This document shows positions 1 through 11,900 of a stretch of 64,000 nt of DNA, piece by piece. The first letter of the stretch is position 1; the number at the start of each line of letters is the position of its first letter. The notes beneath the pieces were generated by a model. The model saw only the letters and a list, made by a program, of their open reading frames with translations, was not told where the DNA came from and made no database searches. The stretch is from Octopus vulgaris. Taxonomy: Eukaryota. A program made the position numbers and the translations under genes. The stretch lies in assembly GCA_951406725.2 (NCBI GenBank), contig OX597842.1, positions 29,636,001 to 29,700,000 of the forward strand. The letters are read 5' to 3'.

Positions 1-359
1 GTGCTATGGTGTCACAGCTAAAATAGCTTTCCTGACTTGCTACAATATTAAATACTGGCAGAATCACTAAGATGCCGGATTAATTGCTTAACAGCATTTC
101 GTTCGTAAATAGCTTTGTCAAACTAGAGATAAAAGCAATCAGGAATGGGAGTGTGTCTGTGCATTGTTTATTTCTCTTCAATCAGGTACACACTGTGAGG
201 GTGAGTACGATCGATCATTTGGGCATCCAGATGCCCCTCCCACCTAACCAGGAGTCCCTTATCTGAAGACCAGCTTGCTAGCTAGCCCACAGTGAAGGTC
301 CCTCTTTATATTTCGTCTATCATGAGTTGGTGCCCGAAACGTCTTTCCTTTCAAAGTAT

Positions 360-494
360 AACTTCCACTGAGGTCGAATTTCATCCTTTCGAGGTAAATA
401 AAATAAGCAGTAGAGCACTCGAGTCCCTGAAGTTAACTTGTCCCCTTCCTGCAAATTTCAGGTTTTGTACTTAAAAATACAAAAGAAAAAATTA

Positions 495-555
<61 letters not shown>

Positions 556-556
556 C
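360..556 (+). mobile_element. Degenerate SINE 3' portion with (ATT)n tail
   Basis: GGTCGAATTTCATCCTTTCGAGGTAAATAAAATAAG resembles a SINE central domain and is followed by a long (ATT)n run at ~492-556. A weaker similar remnant lies at ~11835-11895. Confidence 0.45.
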
Positions 557-559
557 AAC

Positions 560-975
560 ATTAATATTTTATAAACCCCAAAAAGTAGAGTCGGCTCATG
601 GATCAAAATCCTGACTCCAAATACATCTTACAATTTCATGAGTCCTTCATTAAAAAAGGGACAACGGTAATTATTCTCCTTCCTCTCGCAGGGGTTATGA
701 CCACTCACGGAAACGGCGACACATGTCTTTGGGAGCAGGGAGGATCTCCTCAGTAGAACCAATAGCTGCAAACCCTCTGAACACCTCACAGGTTGTGTCC
801 GGGTAGAATGGATATAATTCGCCCCTACCCATCTATAGACAGAGATCTTCTTGTGGGGTGCTTGTAAAGACAAGAACATTGCATACGTTGGTGAGACATC
901 TAGAAGCATTGCAGGGGGATGAAATAAAAATTAGAGGCAGCATGACCACATAACCAGTCATCCATACTCTACCAA
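560..975 (+). pseudogene. Penelope-like element GIY-YIG endonuclease remnant
   Basis: 863-910 translates CKDKNIAYVGETSRSI, matching the C..YxGETSR half of PLE GIY-YIG domains. Upstream IY and LLSRTN segments are frameshifted. Confidence 0.6.
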
Positions 976-1354
976 AGGTACTATTCAAAAACAATGGTCC
1001 CGGTGCGCGCACTCGTGCTAGTCCGTCGTGACTGGTCGATCCTTCAACGACTACCTAGCGCGAGTATGCAAATTAACAGATGCGCACATAATAATATATG
1101 TATATAATGGCTGAATATATATCAAATAAAATGGGTTTTGTCTTAAACAAAGTAAATAAAAGACTCAACAAAAGAAATTACTTACTTTGTGTTTTATTTT
1201 CTTTGTTTAAAAATAAGTATTTGCTAAAAAAAAACCTCAAACATGTCTAGCGAATGCGAGTGTGATTTTTAGTCTTGCACTCGCGTTACGTAGTCTCTGT
1301 AAGATCGACTAGTCACGACTAGCTAACACCGGGACGACGCTTGTAGAAAAGTAC

Positions 1355-1356
<2 letters not shown>
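976..1356. mobile_element. Degenerate MITE with ~90-bp imperfect terminal inverted repeats
   Basis: Left arm GGTACTATTC..GTCCCGGTG..GTCGTGACTGGTCGATC..GACTAC..CGCGAGT mirrors right arm ACTCGCG..GTAGTC..GATCGACTAGTCACGAC..CACCGGGAC..GAAAAGTACC, around an AT-rich core. Confidence 0.55.
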
Positions 1357-1385
<29 letters not shown>

Positions 1386-1389
<4 letters not shown>

Positions 1390-2145
1390 GAAGTTTCGCA
1401 TGTCGTAGCTCAGATTTCCGTCGATTTCCGTAAAAAACTTTTATTTTTTTACATAAGTAATGAGAGCGAAAGAGACTAAGAGGAAGCGATTTTACGACGA
1501 GAAGGTTTCACTTTGAAGTCGGCCTGTGTGTGTTTGATGGGGTGTGGGAGACAGACAGTATGTTGTGTAAGTGAAGTGCTTCTGTTAGTGTGTGTGAAGA
1601 GACAGACATACATATACACATACACCGAGTAAAAAATTACTATGAATCGGCCATACATACATACATACACACACACACATACATAGATACATACACACAC
1701 ACACATACATACACACACACATACTTACACACACACACACACACACATAGATACATACACACACACACATACATGCAGACATACATATACACATACACCG
1801 AGTAAAAAATTACGATGAACCGGCGTTTGGCGACGGACTTGGTAAACACCCACAAAGTTATCAACCACCTCACCAACAACAACACTGAACACCTTTTTGA
1901 TCTCCATGTGTCTAACACACGTGGACATGCCTACAAAGTCAGAAAACAATACAGCTCCCATGACTTTCGGAAACATTTTTTCACGCTCAGAGTTGCTGAA
2001 GCATGGAATAAACTGCCTGCGTCAGTTGTTGACTGCCATGACACTGCATCCTTTAAGGCCCTCATGCTTTCCGAAATCCGCCGAAACTACACCTGATTAT
2101 ATATACACTTTAGATGAGTTGTAGTGCACCTGAGCACTGTACACA

Positions 2146-2190
<45 letters not shown>

Positions 2191-2545
2191 CATACATACA
2201 TGCACACATACTTACACACACACACATACATAGATACATACACACACACACACATACATGCATACATACTTATACACATACACCGAGTAAAAAATCAGTT
2301 ATCTCTCTTTCACACATTACTCTCTCTGTCTCTTCACACACACTAACAGAAGCACTTCACTTACACAACATACTGTCTGTCTCCCACACCCCATCAAACA
2401 CACACAGGCCGATTTCAAAGTGAAACCTTCTCGTCATAAAATCGCTTCCTCTTAGTCTCTTTCGCTCTCATTACTTATGTAAAAAAATAAAAGTTTTTTA
2501 CGGAAATCGACGGAAATCTGAGCTACGACATGCGAAACTTCGCCG
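1386..2545. mobile_element. Foldback/MITE-like DNA element with ~220-bp near-perfect TIRs, TA-flanked
   Basis: 1386-~1606 (TGGCGAAGTTTCGCATGTCG...) is the reverse complement of ~2325-2545 (...CGACATGCGAAACTTCGCCG). TA lies on both sides. Confidence 0.85.
1815..2187 (+). mobile_element. 3' end of a CR1/L2-type LINE with (ATT)n tail, nested in the foldback element
   Basis: ORF 1815-2096 contains NTRGHAYKV...RKHFFTLRVAEAWNKLP...ASFK, the typical CR1-group ORF2 C-terminus. A short UTR and (ATT)n follow. Confidence 0.8.
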
Positions 2546-2589
2546 TATTCTCTTTCCCTTTTGTTTACGTCTTGCATTATTCCTCTTTT

Positions 2590-3370
2590 TCCATTTGCCC
2601 TTCTCTCACCCTCTCTATATTTCCCTCTCTTTTCTCTATTCCTTTCTCTCCTCCCTCTCTCTTCTTTGTAGCTGCCTCTCTTTCTCTGTTGCCTTCATAA
2701 CTCTATCTCTCCTGCCCCTTTTCCTCTCACAATTTCTCTTCCTCTCTCTCAACATATCTCTGTCATTTATTACATTCCTTCTCCTTTATTACGCTTTCTC
2801 TTCTCTCTCTCTCTCTCTCTCTCTCTGTCTTGTGCGTCTCTATCCCCCTTCCTTTATTCAATGTATAACTCTCTTTATCTCTCTCTCTATGTCTATCTAT
2901 TTCTCTTCGTTATCACTCTCTCTCTATCATTCCCTCTTTCTCTCTCTCTCTGTCTTTATCATTAGGTCCCTCCATTCTTCCTTTTGTTTCCCCTCTCTCT
3001 TCCTTTCACTCTTTTCATCTCTGCGCGCCTTTCATATTTCTCTTTGCCGTCCTTATCACTCCTACCCTTTCTTCTCTCCTCTGACTTCCTCTCTCTCTGT
3101 CTGTCTTTTTGTGCATCTCTATTCCCCCCTCTTCCTTTACCCCTTGTATAACTCTCTTCATCTCTCTCTCTCTCTCTCTCTCTATGTCTATCTATTTCTC
3201 TTCGTTATCACTCTCTCTCTCTGTCTTTATCATTAGGTCTCTCCATTCTTCCTTTTGTTTCCCCTCTCTCTTCCTTTCACTCTTTTCATCTCTGCACCTT
3301 TTATATTTCTCTTTTCCCTCCTTATCACTCCAACTCTTTCTTCTCTCCTCCCTCTCCTTCTCTCCCTCCC
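2590..3370. repeat. CT-rich low-complexity tract with internal duplication
   Basis: Polypyrimidine sequence. ~2830-3025 is repeated at ~3108-3296 (TGTATAACTCTC...CATTAGGTC...CATCTCTGC). Confidence 0.85.
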
Positions 3371-4122
3371 TTTACATCAAACAACCCACCATTTCCCGCC
3401 TTTTCCCTTCCCAGCAGACGACAACCTTCCACAGAGACAGACGACCATTTAATCTGTTCTTGTATTCTTGTGTATTTCTGTCATTCTTTACGCAATTTTC
3501 CATCTAATGTCCACTATTTTATTTTTCACTGAAAAAAATTCAACAAAACCACCTCAAGTTATTTCTTGCGTTTGTTTGCCAAGTTTTTTTCTTGTTTCGT
3601 TTTTAAGATTAACTTTTTGAAATAATGAGAAGTTTGACAAGAAAAATATATTTTTGACAAATGATTGAAAAATTTATTTCTCATTAACAAAATGTCAATA
3701 ATTTGTTTTGTTTTATATCTATAAAGTAATTATAATATCGAAAGTAATTTGTATGAATGGAATTATGGATATTTTTGAGTGAGATAATACGTTATATTTT
3801 AAGATCATTATTGTGTAAGAATTTTCTCTTTGATTTATCTAAATTTTCAAATCCTTTTGTCTTTCATTTTTATGTCATTTCACGGGAGAAATCTGTTTGA
3901 TATCGTTTCTTATAGAGACAAACTATATATATACGTGCATCTATGCGTAGACATGAGCGTGTATAAGACATGAAATATAGATATATCTATATGTCTGTAG
4001 TTCTGCGAAATACAATTCTACCCTAAACGTGTGTGTGTACATGTGTATGTGTGTGCATGTATATGTGCAAAGATGGAGAGAGAGAGAGAGAGAAAGACAG
4101 AAAATGGGTGTGAAGAAAGCGT

Positions 4123-4501
4123 GGATCTTTGCGGTTTGACCGGCAGTTTTTTTTCTAGCGGTGTCATGAAATTTTCACCCATAATTATGACCCCAGTATC
4201 GATCTATTGCATTTCAATCTGTTTTAGGGTTAGGGTTAGGGGTGGGGGGAAGGGTATCTTTTTTTCTTCAGAAATGTAAATAAACCCAGTTTGTTTCTTA
4301 AACAAGGGACATATTCATACGGCACAGAATGTTGTTTTTTTTACCTCAATAGACGTCAGTGATTGGTTGAAATTGCAGAAAAACCAACAAATATCTTACA
4401 AACTATGAATTTCCATAAGCCAAAAAGATGTTTTATAAACACATTCTCAGAATAAGTATGTTTGTACCTAGAAATTATTTTAAATGTTCAAAGAAAGATC
4501 C
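4123..4501. mobile_element. Probable non-autonomous TIR element containing (TTAGGG)3
   Basis: Ends GGATCTTT (4123) and AAAGATCC (4494-4501) are inverted. TTTTAGGGTTAGGGTTAGGGG lies internally at ~4222-4242. Confidence 0.45.
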
Positions 4502-4675
4502 TAGATGTTAGTCATATATGGTGACTCAATGACACGAGAAAACTCCGTTCAGCTCAATTGTTTTTATAATGGTTGCAGTTTGGGAAATTTCGAGGTTGTT
4601 TTCAAAAGATGGTATGTCATTTGATGTTTAAAACCAACAACACACTTACAAACATACACACACACACACACACAG

Positions 4676-4716
<41 letters not shown>

Positions 4717-4722
4717 GATACT

Positions 4723-4925
4723 GCTGAAAAGTTCCTAGGCGCTGGGTAAAAGAAAATAGAGGTGGATCAGTTAATTACGATTCTATTCAGCATATTTCTC
4801 TCTAGATCGATACACCCACTCATTGCAGCGGTCCTTCAGTTTTCCTAAGCCCTGTAAAAGAACTCGGAAAGTTGAACCTCCAACCAGATCTTACGCGACA
4901 CCCGTAAAGCAAGGAACTTTTCAGC
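4723..4925 (-). mobile_element. Mariner-derived MITE
   Basis: Perfect 14-bp inverted repeat GCTGAAAAGTTCCT (4723-4736) / AGGAACTTTTCAGC (4912-4925). The minus strand reads LQGLGKLKDRC...EKYAE*, like a mariner transposase C-terminus. Confidence 0.7.
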
Positions 4926-5081
4926 TGCAGATCATATGATTCTATAATTAGTGCACAAAATGCTTCAAGAGTTGCGCAGGTTTGGAGAAATCTTTATTTC
5001 TGAGGTTGTTTCTTTCCATAAAAGATGGAGAGCTGGACTCTCTTCGTCATTGTGATGTATTTTGCAACACACACACACACA

Positions 5082-5174
<93 letters not shown>

Positions 5175-5346
5175 GAATGTTTTACTTTTTGGTATTTTCT
5201 TTTCTTTTAGATGAATTCTAAAGCTGATATTAACCTCAACAATGTATCTGGGGATATTGAACCCTATTTCACTAAAGCACAACTGGAGAATATGTCTGAA
5301 TAAATACACACACACACATACACATATATATATACAATATATATAT

Positions 5347-8158
5347 AAGAAGACCAGCTCAGAGAAGAGTCTGGAAACTTAAAGATCCTTAGATGGACAG
5401 AGATTTAGAGAAGTTCTACTCAAAGCTTTCGACGAAATAGGAGGGGATATAGCATCACATAATGTGGAAGCCAACTGGAGGTTTCTACGGGACAATCTGC
5501 TGAGAGCCACTGACCAGATCTGTGGATGGAGCAAAGTCCCATCTCGTCCCAGGGTAACATGGTGGTGGAACAATGTTGTAGACAGGGCTATTAGAGACAA
5601 GAGACAGGCTTGGAAGGACTGGAGGAAAGGCGGTAGTAGGGAATTGTATCAGACTGCGAAAAGAGAAGCTAGGACACAGGTATATTTAGCTAGAGGGGAA
5701 GCAGATAAGAAAAAATTTGCCAATGTTCTGCGCCGTGAGGACCAAAGACTTGAGGTGTTTCGTGTTGCAAGACAGTGTGTGAGAGAGAATCGTGATGTGG
5801 TAGGAGAGAAATGTGTCCGCATGGATGATGGTTCACTTGCGCTAAATGAGGATGCAAAGAGAGAGGTTTGGAGATGCCACTATGAAAGGTTGCTCAACAA
5901 AGAGAATGAATGGGATAATGAGAGTCTGCCAAATGTTGACCCAATAGAGGGACCAGCTATCCGAGTTGACAGTTCCATGGTAGTTAAGGCAATTGGAAGC
6001 ATGAAGACAGGGAAAGCCCCAGGCACATCAGGAATTACTGCTGAGATGCTCAAAATATCTGGCAGTATCGGCTATAGCCTAGTCACCCGTATAGTTAACC
6101 AGGTGATACAAGAAGGAGTCATACCCAATGACTGGTGTAGTAGCATAATAGTCAACTGCTACTAAGGTAAAGGTGATGCCCTAGATACAAGTAATTACAG
6201 AGGTATTAAGCTGTTGGATCAGGTAATGAAGGTTACGGAAAGGGACACAGCCCAACTGATTAGAGAGAGAGTCAACCTGGACGAGATGCAGTTTGGTTTC
6301 GTGCCAGGGAAAAGCACCACCGATGCCATATTTCTGGTGAGACAGCTGCAGGAGAAATACCTAGCCAAAGATAAGCCCGTGTACCTTGCTTCCGTTGACT
6401 TGGAGAAAGCCTTTGACAGGGTCCCCCGATCCCTTATCTGGTGGTCAATGAGGAAACTAGGGATAGATGAATGGTTAGTGAGAGCTGTGCGTGCCATGTA
6501 CAGGGACGCTGTTAGTAAGGTGAGGGTTGGCAACGAGTACAGTGAAGAATTCTGGGTGGAGGTTGGGATCCACCAAGGCTCAGTCCTCAGCCCCCTCCTA
6601 TTTATCATAGTCCTCCAGGCAATAACGGAGGAATTCAAGACAGGATGCCCCTGGGAGCTCCTCTATGCTGACGACCTTGCTCTAATTGCTGAATCACTAT
6701 CAGAACTCGAGGTGAAGTTTCAGGCATGGAAGCAAGGATTAGAATCGAAGGGCCTTAGAGTCAATCTAGCTAAAACCAAAGTCCTAATAAGTAGGAAGGT
6801 AGACAAATCTCAAACACCTTCAGGTAGATGGCCCTGCTCGATCTGTAGAAAAGGCGTAGGTAGGAACTCTATAAGATGCACCAAGTGTAAGCTATGGACA
6901 CATAAGAGGTGCAGCAATGTCAAAGGAAGGCTAACTAGGAAGAGAGTTTTTGTATGTGGCAGATGCTCTGGTTCAATAAAGACTGAAAATGCGCAGAGAC
7001 CATCTTCCGCCACATTCCAGGGAGAAAAACTTAAAATAGTTGATAGTTTCCGTTACCTAGGTGACCAAGTCAGTAGCGGAGGTGGGTGTGCCGAAAGTGT
7101 AACTGCTAGAGTAAGGATAGCCTGGGTAAAGTTCAGAGAGCTCTTACCTCTTCTGGTGACAAAAGGCCTCTTGCTCAGAGTAAAAGGCAGACTGTTTGAC
7201 GCATGTGTGCTAACAGCCATGCTACATGGCAGTGAAACATGGGCCGTGACTGCTGAGGATATGTGTAAGCTCGCAAGAAATGAAGCCAGTATGCTCCGTT
7301 GGATGTGTAATGTTAGTGTTCATAGTCGACAGAGTGTAAGTGCCTTGAGAGAAAAGTTGGACCTAAGAAGCATCAGATGTTGTGTGCAAGAGAGGCGTCT
7401 ATGCTGGTATGGGCATGTGGCGAGAATGGATGAAGATAGTTGTGTGAAAAAGTGCCACACCCTAGCGGTTGAGGGAACCTGTGGAAGAGGTAGACCCAGA
7501 AAAACCTGGGACGAGGTGGTGAAGAATGACCTTTGCGCTTTAGGTCTCACCGAGGAAATGACCAGAGACCGAGACCTTTGGAAGTATGCTGTGTGCGAGA
7601 AGACCCAGCAGGACACATTAGGCCATAACCCATGGCCCCTACCTGGGATGTAGTCAGTCCACCTGTGCATACCTTCCTTCTTGGGACACATAACTCTACT
7701 TGTGAAGACCTGTTGAGGCAAGTGAAAATCAAATCAAATCAAAATCGATGAACATCAATGGAATTTGTATTTTTGTGGTACCAGTGTGGTGGCACATAAG
7801 AAAACCGTCAGAACGTGGCCGTAGCCAGTACCGCATTGACTGGCCTCCGTGGTGTGGGCACGTAACAAGCACCATCCGATCATGGCTGTGCCAGCATCGC
7901 TTGGCCTCCATGCCGGTGGCACGTAAAAACACCATCCGAGCGTGGCCGTTCGCCAGCCTTGTCTGGCACCTGTGTCGGTGGCACATAAAAAGCACCCACT
8001 ACACTCATGGAGTTGTTGGCGTCAGGAAGGGCATCCAGCTGTAGAAACACTGCCAGATCTGACTGGCCTGGTGCAGCCTTCGGGCTTCCCAGACCCCAGT
8101 TGAACCGTCCAACCCATGCTAGCATGGAAAGCAGACGTTAAACGATGATGATGATGAT
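5347..8158 (+). mobile_element. 5'-truncated RTE-clade LINE (RT, Cys/His finger, C-terminal domain, 3' UTR, (GAT)n tail)
   Basis: RT motifs KAPG, NYRGIKLL, QFGF, DLEKAFDRV, HQGSVLSPLLF, LLYADDL and YLG. RTE-type C-terminus (LHGSETW, WYGHVARM, GRGRPRKTW). Ends in (GAT)n within a TA-rich microsatellite. Confidence 0.95.
5464..7653 (+). pseudogene. RTE ORF interrupted by one in-frame stop (TAA 6163-6165); endonuclease domain absent
   Basis: ORFs 5464-6165 and 6214-7653 share a frame and read ...VNCY*GKGDALD..., where YKGKGD is expected. Confidence 0.85.
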
Positions 8159-8429
8159 ATATACACATATATATATATGTGATTTGGGGTGTATGAGAAT
8201 AAATATATGTTTTATGATCTAAAAGGCTCCAGAAAAAATCTTATGAATTCGAGCCATATTCATTATTCAATAGAAATCTAATCTGTTTCTCCTCTAAATA
8301 TTTAACTTTCTATGTAAAGCGACAACGTGACTTAACTATGAAAATGAGAGGGAGAGACTAAGAGAAAGAGGGGGAGGGGGAGAGACAGAGGGTGGGGCAA
8401 TAAAGCATAGAGAGATATAACAACACAAC

Positions 8430-8675
8430 AACTCTGAGAGTGTAGTGGGTGCTTTTATGTACGACTGGCACGAGGGCCAGTCAGGCGGTACTGGCAATGG
8501 CCACACTCAAAATGGTGAATTTTACGTGCCACCTGCACAGAAGCCAATCAGCTGCTCTGGCAATGATCATGCTCGGATGGTGCTCACTGGATGGGTGTCA
8601 GTCATTGAATTTGCGAATTTGATTCAATTTCAATTTCACTTGCCTCAACAGGGCTTCGCAAGCAGAGTTTAGTGT
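8430..8675 (-). mobile_element. Diverged RTE 3'-UTR fragment
   Basis: Reverse-complement match to parts of 7690-8010 (GAGTGTAGTGGGTGCTTTT; TTTCACTTGCCTCAACAGG). Confidence 0.7.
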
Positions 8676-9213
8676 CTTATTTCGTTTTTTTCCCCACCCC
8701 TCCTTCGTTCCTTTTTCTCTCTCTTCCTTTCTTTCGTCCCCCCCTTACTCAGTATATGAGAATCGCTACATAGATGTTTTAACTTGCGTGCGAGATGGTT
8801 TGCGTGAATATATGTACGCATGCATTTATGTATATATTTAGATTTATATTTATACGTCTGTATATGTAAGCCGTTTGCACGCATCCTTCTGTGTATGTTG
8901 ATATATATATGTACATTTTAATATAAATATGTATTGCAGTGTAATATTTATAACAGGTTTAATTTCTATGCATTAATTTATACCTTCTTCATTAATGTCA
9001 ATATGTATTTTATTCAATGTAAGGTTTTTTTCCTCGGATTTTATAATTTTTATAAGTTTTTATATATATATACATATATTTTTGACCTTTTTGTTTATCG
9101 CTCGAAGATTGACCGTTTTTTTCTAAAGGGCCAATCAAACAAGTCCATTTCTTTTTAAAGGTGTAGTGTTTGTAAGAGTCTAGATTGAATTGATATATCG
9201 GTTCCATTCTAGC

Positions 9214-9261
9214 AAAAACTGTCTGATGAACGGCAACGAGAAACTCAGAGTAACAGATTTT
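9214..9261 (+). ncRNA. Type I hammerhead ribozyme motif, family A (intact core)
   Basis: AAAAACTGT-CTGATGA-ACGGCAACGA-GAAA-CTCAGAGTA-ACAGATTTT. Stem I CTGT/ACAG plus AAAA/TTTT, quasi-palindromic stem III ACTC-A-GAGT, GUA cleavage triplet, AATAAA downstream. The stem II closing pair is an A-A mismatch. Confidence 0.75.
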
Positions 9262-9629
9262 GTTGAATTTTCTGCTGCTTAAAATAAAGCATATTACTCT
9301 ACCACTGGGATTTGAGTACTCCTTTTTCCACCTTGTTTCACATTTATGTGTTTACTCCGGTATATATATATATATATATATACATATATATATACAAATA
9401 CACATACATAAATACATAGTTACAAACATAATTAATAATACGGTTCCAGGAAATAGATGGTAAATGTTTTTATTTTTTATTCCCTTCGAGAATTTATCCC
9501 TAATTAGTGGCTTGGACTTTAGCTGTTCCTTCTAGTGTGAGGTAGTCCAATGATGGACACCTCTTATTGTGTTTAAATGTACACTGTGTTTTATACATAC
9601 AAACATATGTACACACCTACCATATCAAT

Positions 9630-9830
9630 GTAACTCATAATTTCTTTGTAGACGACCTGAAGATTTATGCTAAAAGTGTTACCAAGGCCAAAAAACAACT
9701 GGAATTAATTCCAACCTTTTCAGCTGAGGTAGGCATGGAATTTGGCCAAAAGAAATGTTCAGATTTGGTTATAGAACAAGGAAAGTCAGTACCCCAAACC
9801 CAAAACCTGTGCATCAACAGCCTCTCCCGC
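9630..9830 (+). mobile_element. R4/Dong-like LINE reverse transcriptase fragment (start of each unit)
   Basis: [14 protein letters not shown]...FSAEVGMEFGQKKCSDLVIEQGK matches the xDDLKLYAK...IGMEFGxxKC pattern of R4-clade RTs. Confidence 0.6.
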
Positions 9831-9833
9831 TTC

Positions 9834-9876
<43 letters not shown>

Positions 9877-9889
9877 TTTTATGTATATA

Positions 9890-10177
9890 CTCTTTACTCT
9901 TTTACTCTTTTACTTGTTTCAGTCATTTGACTGCGGCCATGCTGGAGCACCGCCTTTAGTCGAGCAAATCAACCCCAGGACTTATTCTTTGTAAGCCCAG
10001 TACTTATTTTATCGGTCTCTTTTGCCGAACCGCTAAGTGACGGGGACGTAAACACACCAGCATCGGTTGTCAAGCAATGCTAGGGAGACAAACACAGACA
10101 CATAAACACATACACATATATATATATACATATATACGACAGGCTTCTTTCAGTTTCCGTCTACCAAATCCACTTAC
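9890..10177 (-). mobile_element. 5'-truncated SINE (units 1-6; tail duplicated in units 4-6)
   Basis: Minus strand GTGGATTTGGTAGACGGAAACTGAAAGAAGCC...GGTGCTCCAGCATGGCCGCAGTCAAATGACTGAAACAAGTAAAAGAGTAAAAGAG, with an internal (TG/TA)n stretch and a repeated tail. No head with A/B boxes is present. Confidence 0.7.
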
Positions 10178-10559
10178 AAATACACTTCCATAAATACATA
10201 TGTACATACATACATACAGGTATGAAAACAGACATGCATACATAATTACATATCTATACATACACGCATACATGTATAACAAAATATGATAGCAGAGTGT
10301 GTAAAGTAATATTTAAGTTGAATGATTAACTTAAAACCAACTGGAATTAATTCCAACCTTTTCAGCTGCTATTGCTAGACAGCCGTTCATCCGACCTTTC
10401 AACAGGTCTTGTTTTTAATTTTGTTGGGTTTCTAGCAACGCTCCTCATGTGGATATCCAGGTGGGGTTGCCAGTTTAATTGCTGACAACCCGACCATGCA
10501 ACATGTTGTACTGGATTCCATGTTACCAGCAGCACTTATGAGAGCCTTGTAAGTGACCT

Positions 10560-10897
10560 GACATACAGACAGACATACATAGATACATAAATACATACAT
10601 ACATATATATTTGCATACTTACAAACACATACATACAGACATACATACATACATGCATACATACAGACATACATACATATATACATGCATAGATACATGC
10701 ATACATGCATACACACATACATGTATACACACATACATGCATGCATACATACATACGTACGTACATATATGCATGCATACATACATACATGCATGCATGC
10801 ATGCATACATACATACATATATATTTGCATGCTTACAAATACATACGTACAAACATACACATACATGCATGCATACATACATACATCCATACATACA

Positions 10898-10932
<35 letters not shown>

Positions 10933-11045
10933 TTGCATGCTTACAAACATACACACACATACATAAATACATATGCACATACATGCAGATTCATACATGC
11001 ATGCAAACACACATACATACACATATATACACACATACATATGCA
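10560..11045. repeat. Compound (ACAT/GCAT)n microsatellite; ~1 kb in unit 2 (19445-20420)
   Basis: Read directly from the sequence. It is the source of the MYVC/HTYI pseudo-ORFs. Confidence 0.95.
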
Positions 11046-11900
11046 CCACCAGTTTTAGACGTATCAGTTTTCCGATTCAGTGTTCTGTCCGACATTTGAA
11101 ATCAGGATAAAAATTCTTAAAATTTTTGAAACGAACTCAAAATAAAGAAACAGGATAGAAATTGATTGTTGCATAAGAAAATATGATAGCAGAGTGTGTA
11201 AAGTAATATTTATGTTGACCGATTTCTCAATCACAACGTGACTAACATCTCAGGTGTGGCAATATTGGTTGACGATATGAAATTACGTGAGGTGTCTATT
11301 ATTCTCGTTAATTTAAGAAAAGTGATCCTCTCTAAATTTAACAATGATTATCTTGTTGCTGGTGGTGGTGGTATTTTGTGTGTGTGTGTGTGTATTTGAT
11401 ATTGTTGGCATTGTTATTGTTGTTGCCCTCTCTTCCAGTTATCTGATCAAATGGCTGAATTGCAGCCACACATATATTGTCCCTGATATACATATGACTG
11501 CATCAAGCTGACACCATAGAGCGCGGGTTCGATATGTGTTGCGGGAAATGCGGCCACGCCTACCTCTAGTGAACATTTAATTCTAGTGAGTTCTAATTTT
11601 AGGTGTTGTTGTCTAGCTCCCAGATCATCTCTATTCCAGAAATCATTTGCTTAAAGACGTTTTATCCATAACCATCCTGTTTTTTGGCTATGAGTAATGT
11701 TGAAATTACATTATCTACAATAACCTTTCTTTCTTATAACAGTTAGGCATTAGCTGAGTGAGGTTTCGCTGCTCTCTCTATCGGGTCTTCACGATAGCCA
11801 ATTGACAGCTTTGCAGTAATTGTTGCGGTTCTCTATGTTCTGAGATCAAATCCAGCTGAATTCAAATTCTTTCAGGGTCAATAGATAAACTACTAGATAG

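Noticed and set aside
260-350. CTGAAGA...GAAACGTC hammerhead-like motif
   Set aside because: A partial stem II is possible, but there are extra bases before GAAA and no stem I complement.
2595-3507. Hydrophobic Leu/Ser/Phe-rich ORFs resembling membrane proteins
   Set aside because: CT-rich low-complexity DNA with no domain motif.
4222-4242. Telomeric (TTAGGG)3 as a chromosome end or fusion scar
   Set aside because: Only three repeats, located inside a probable TIR element.
10432-11099. Long MYVC/HTYI-rich ORFs here and at ~1.6, 19.5, 29, 38, 46.7, 55.6 and 60 kb
   Set aside because: They are translations of stop-free (ACAT/GCAT/CA)n microsatellites, open in many frames on both strands.
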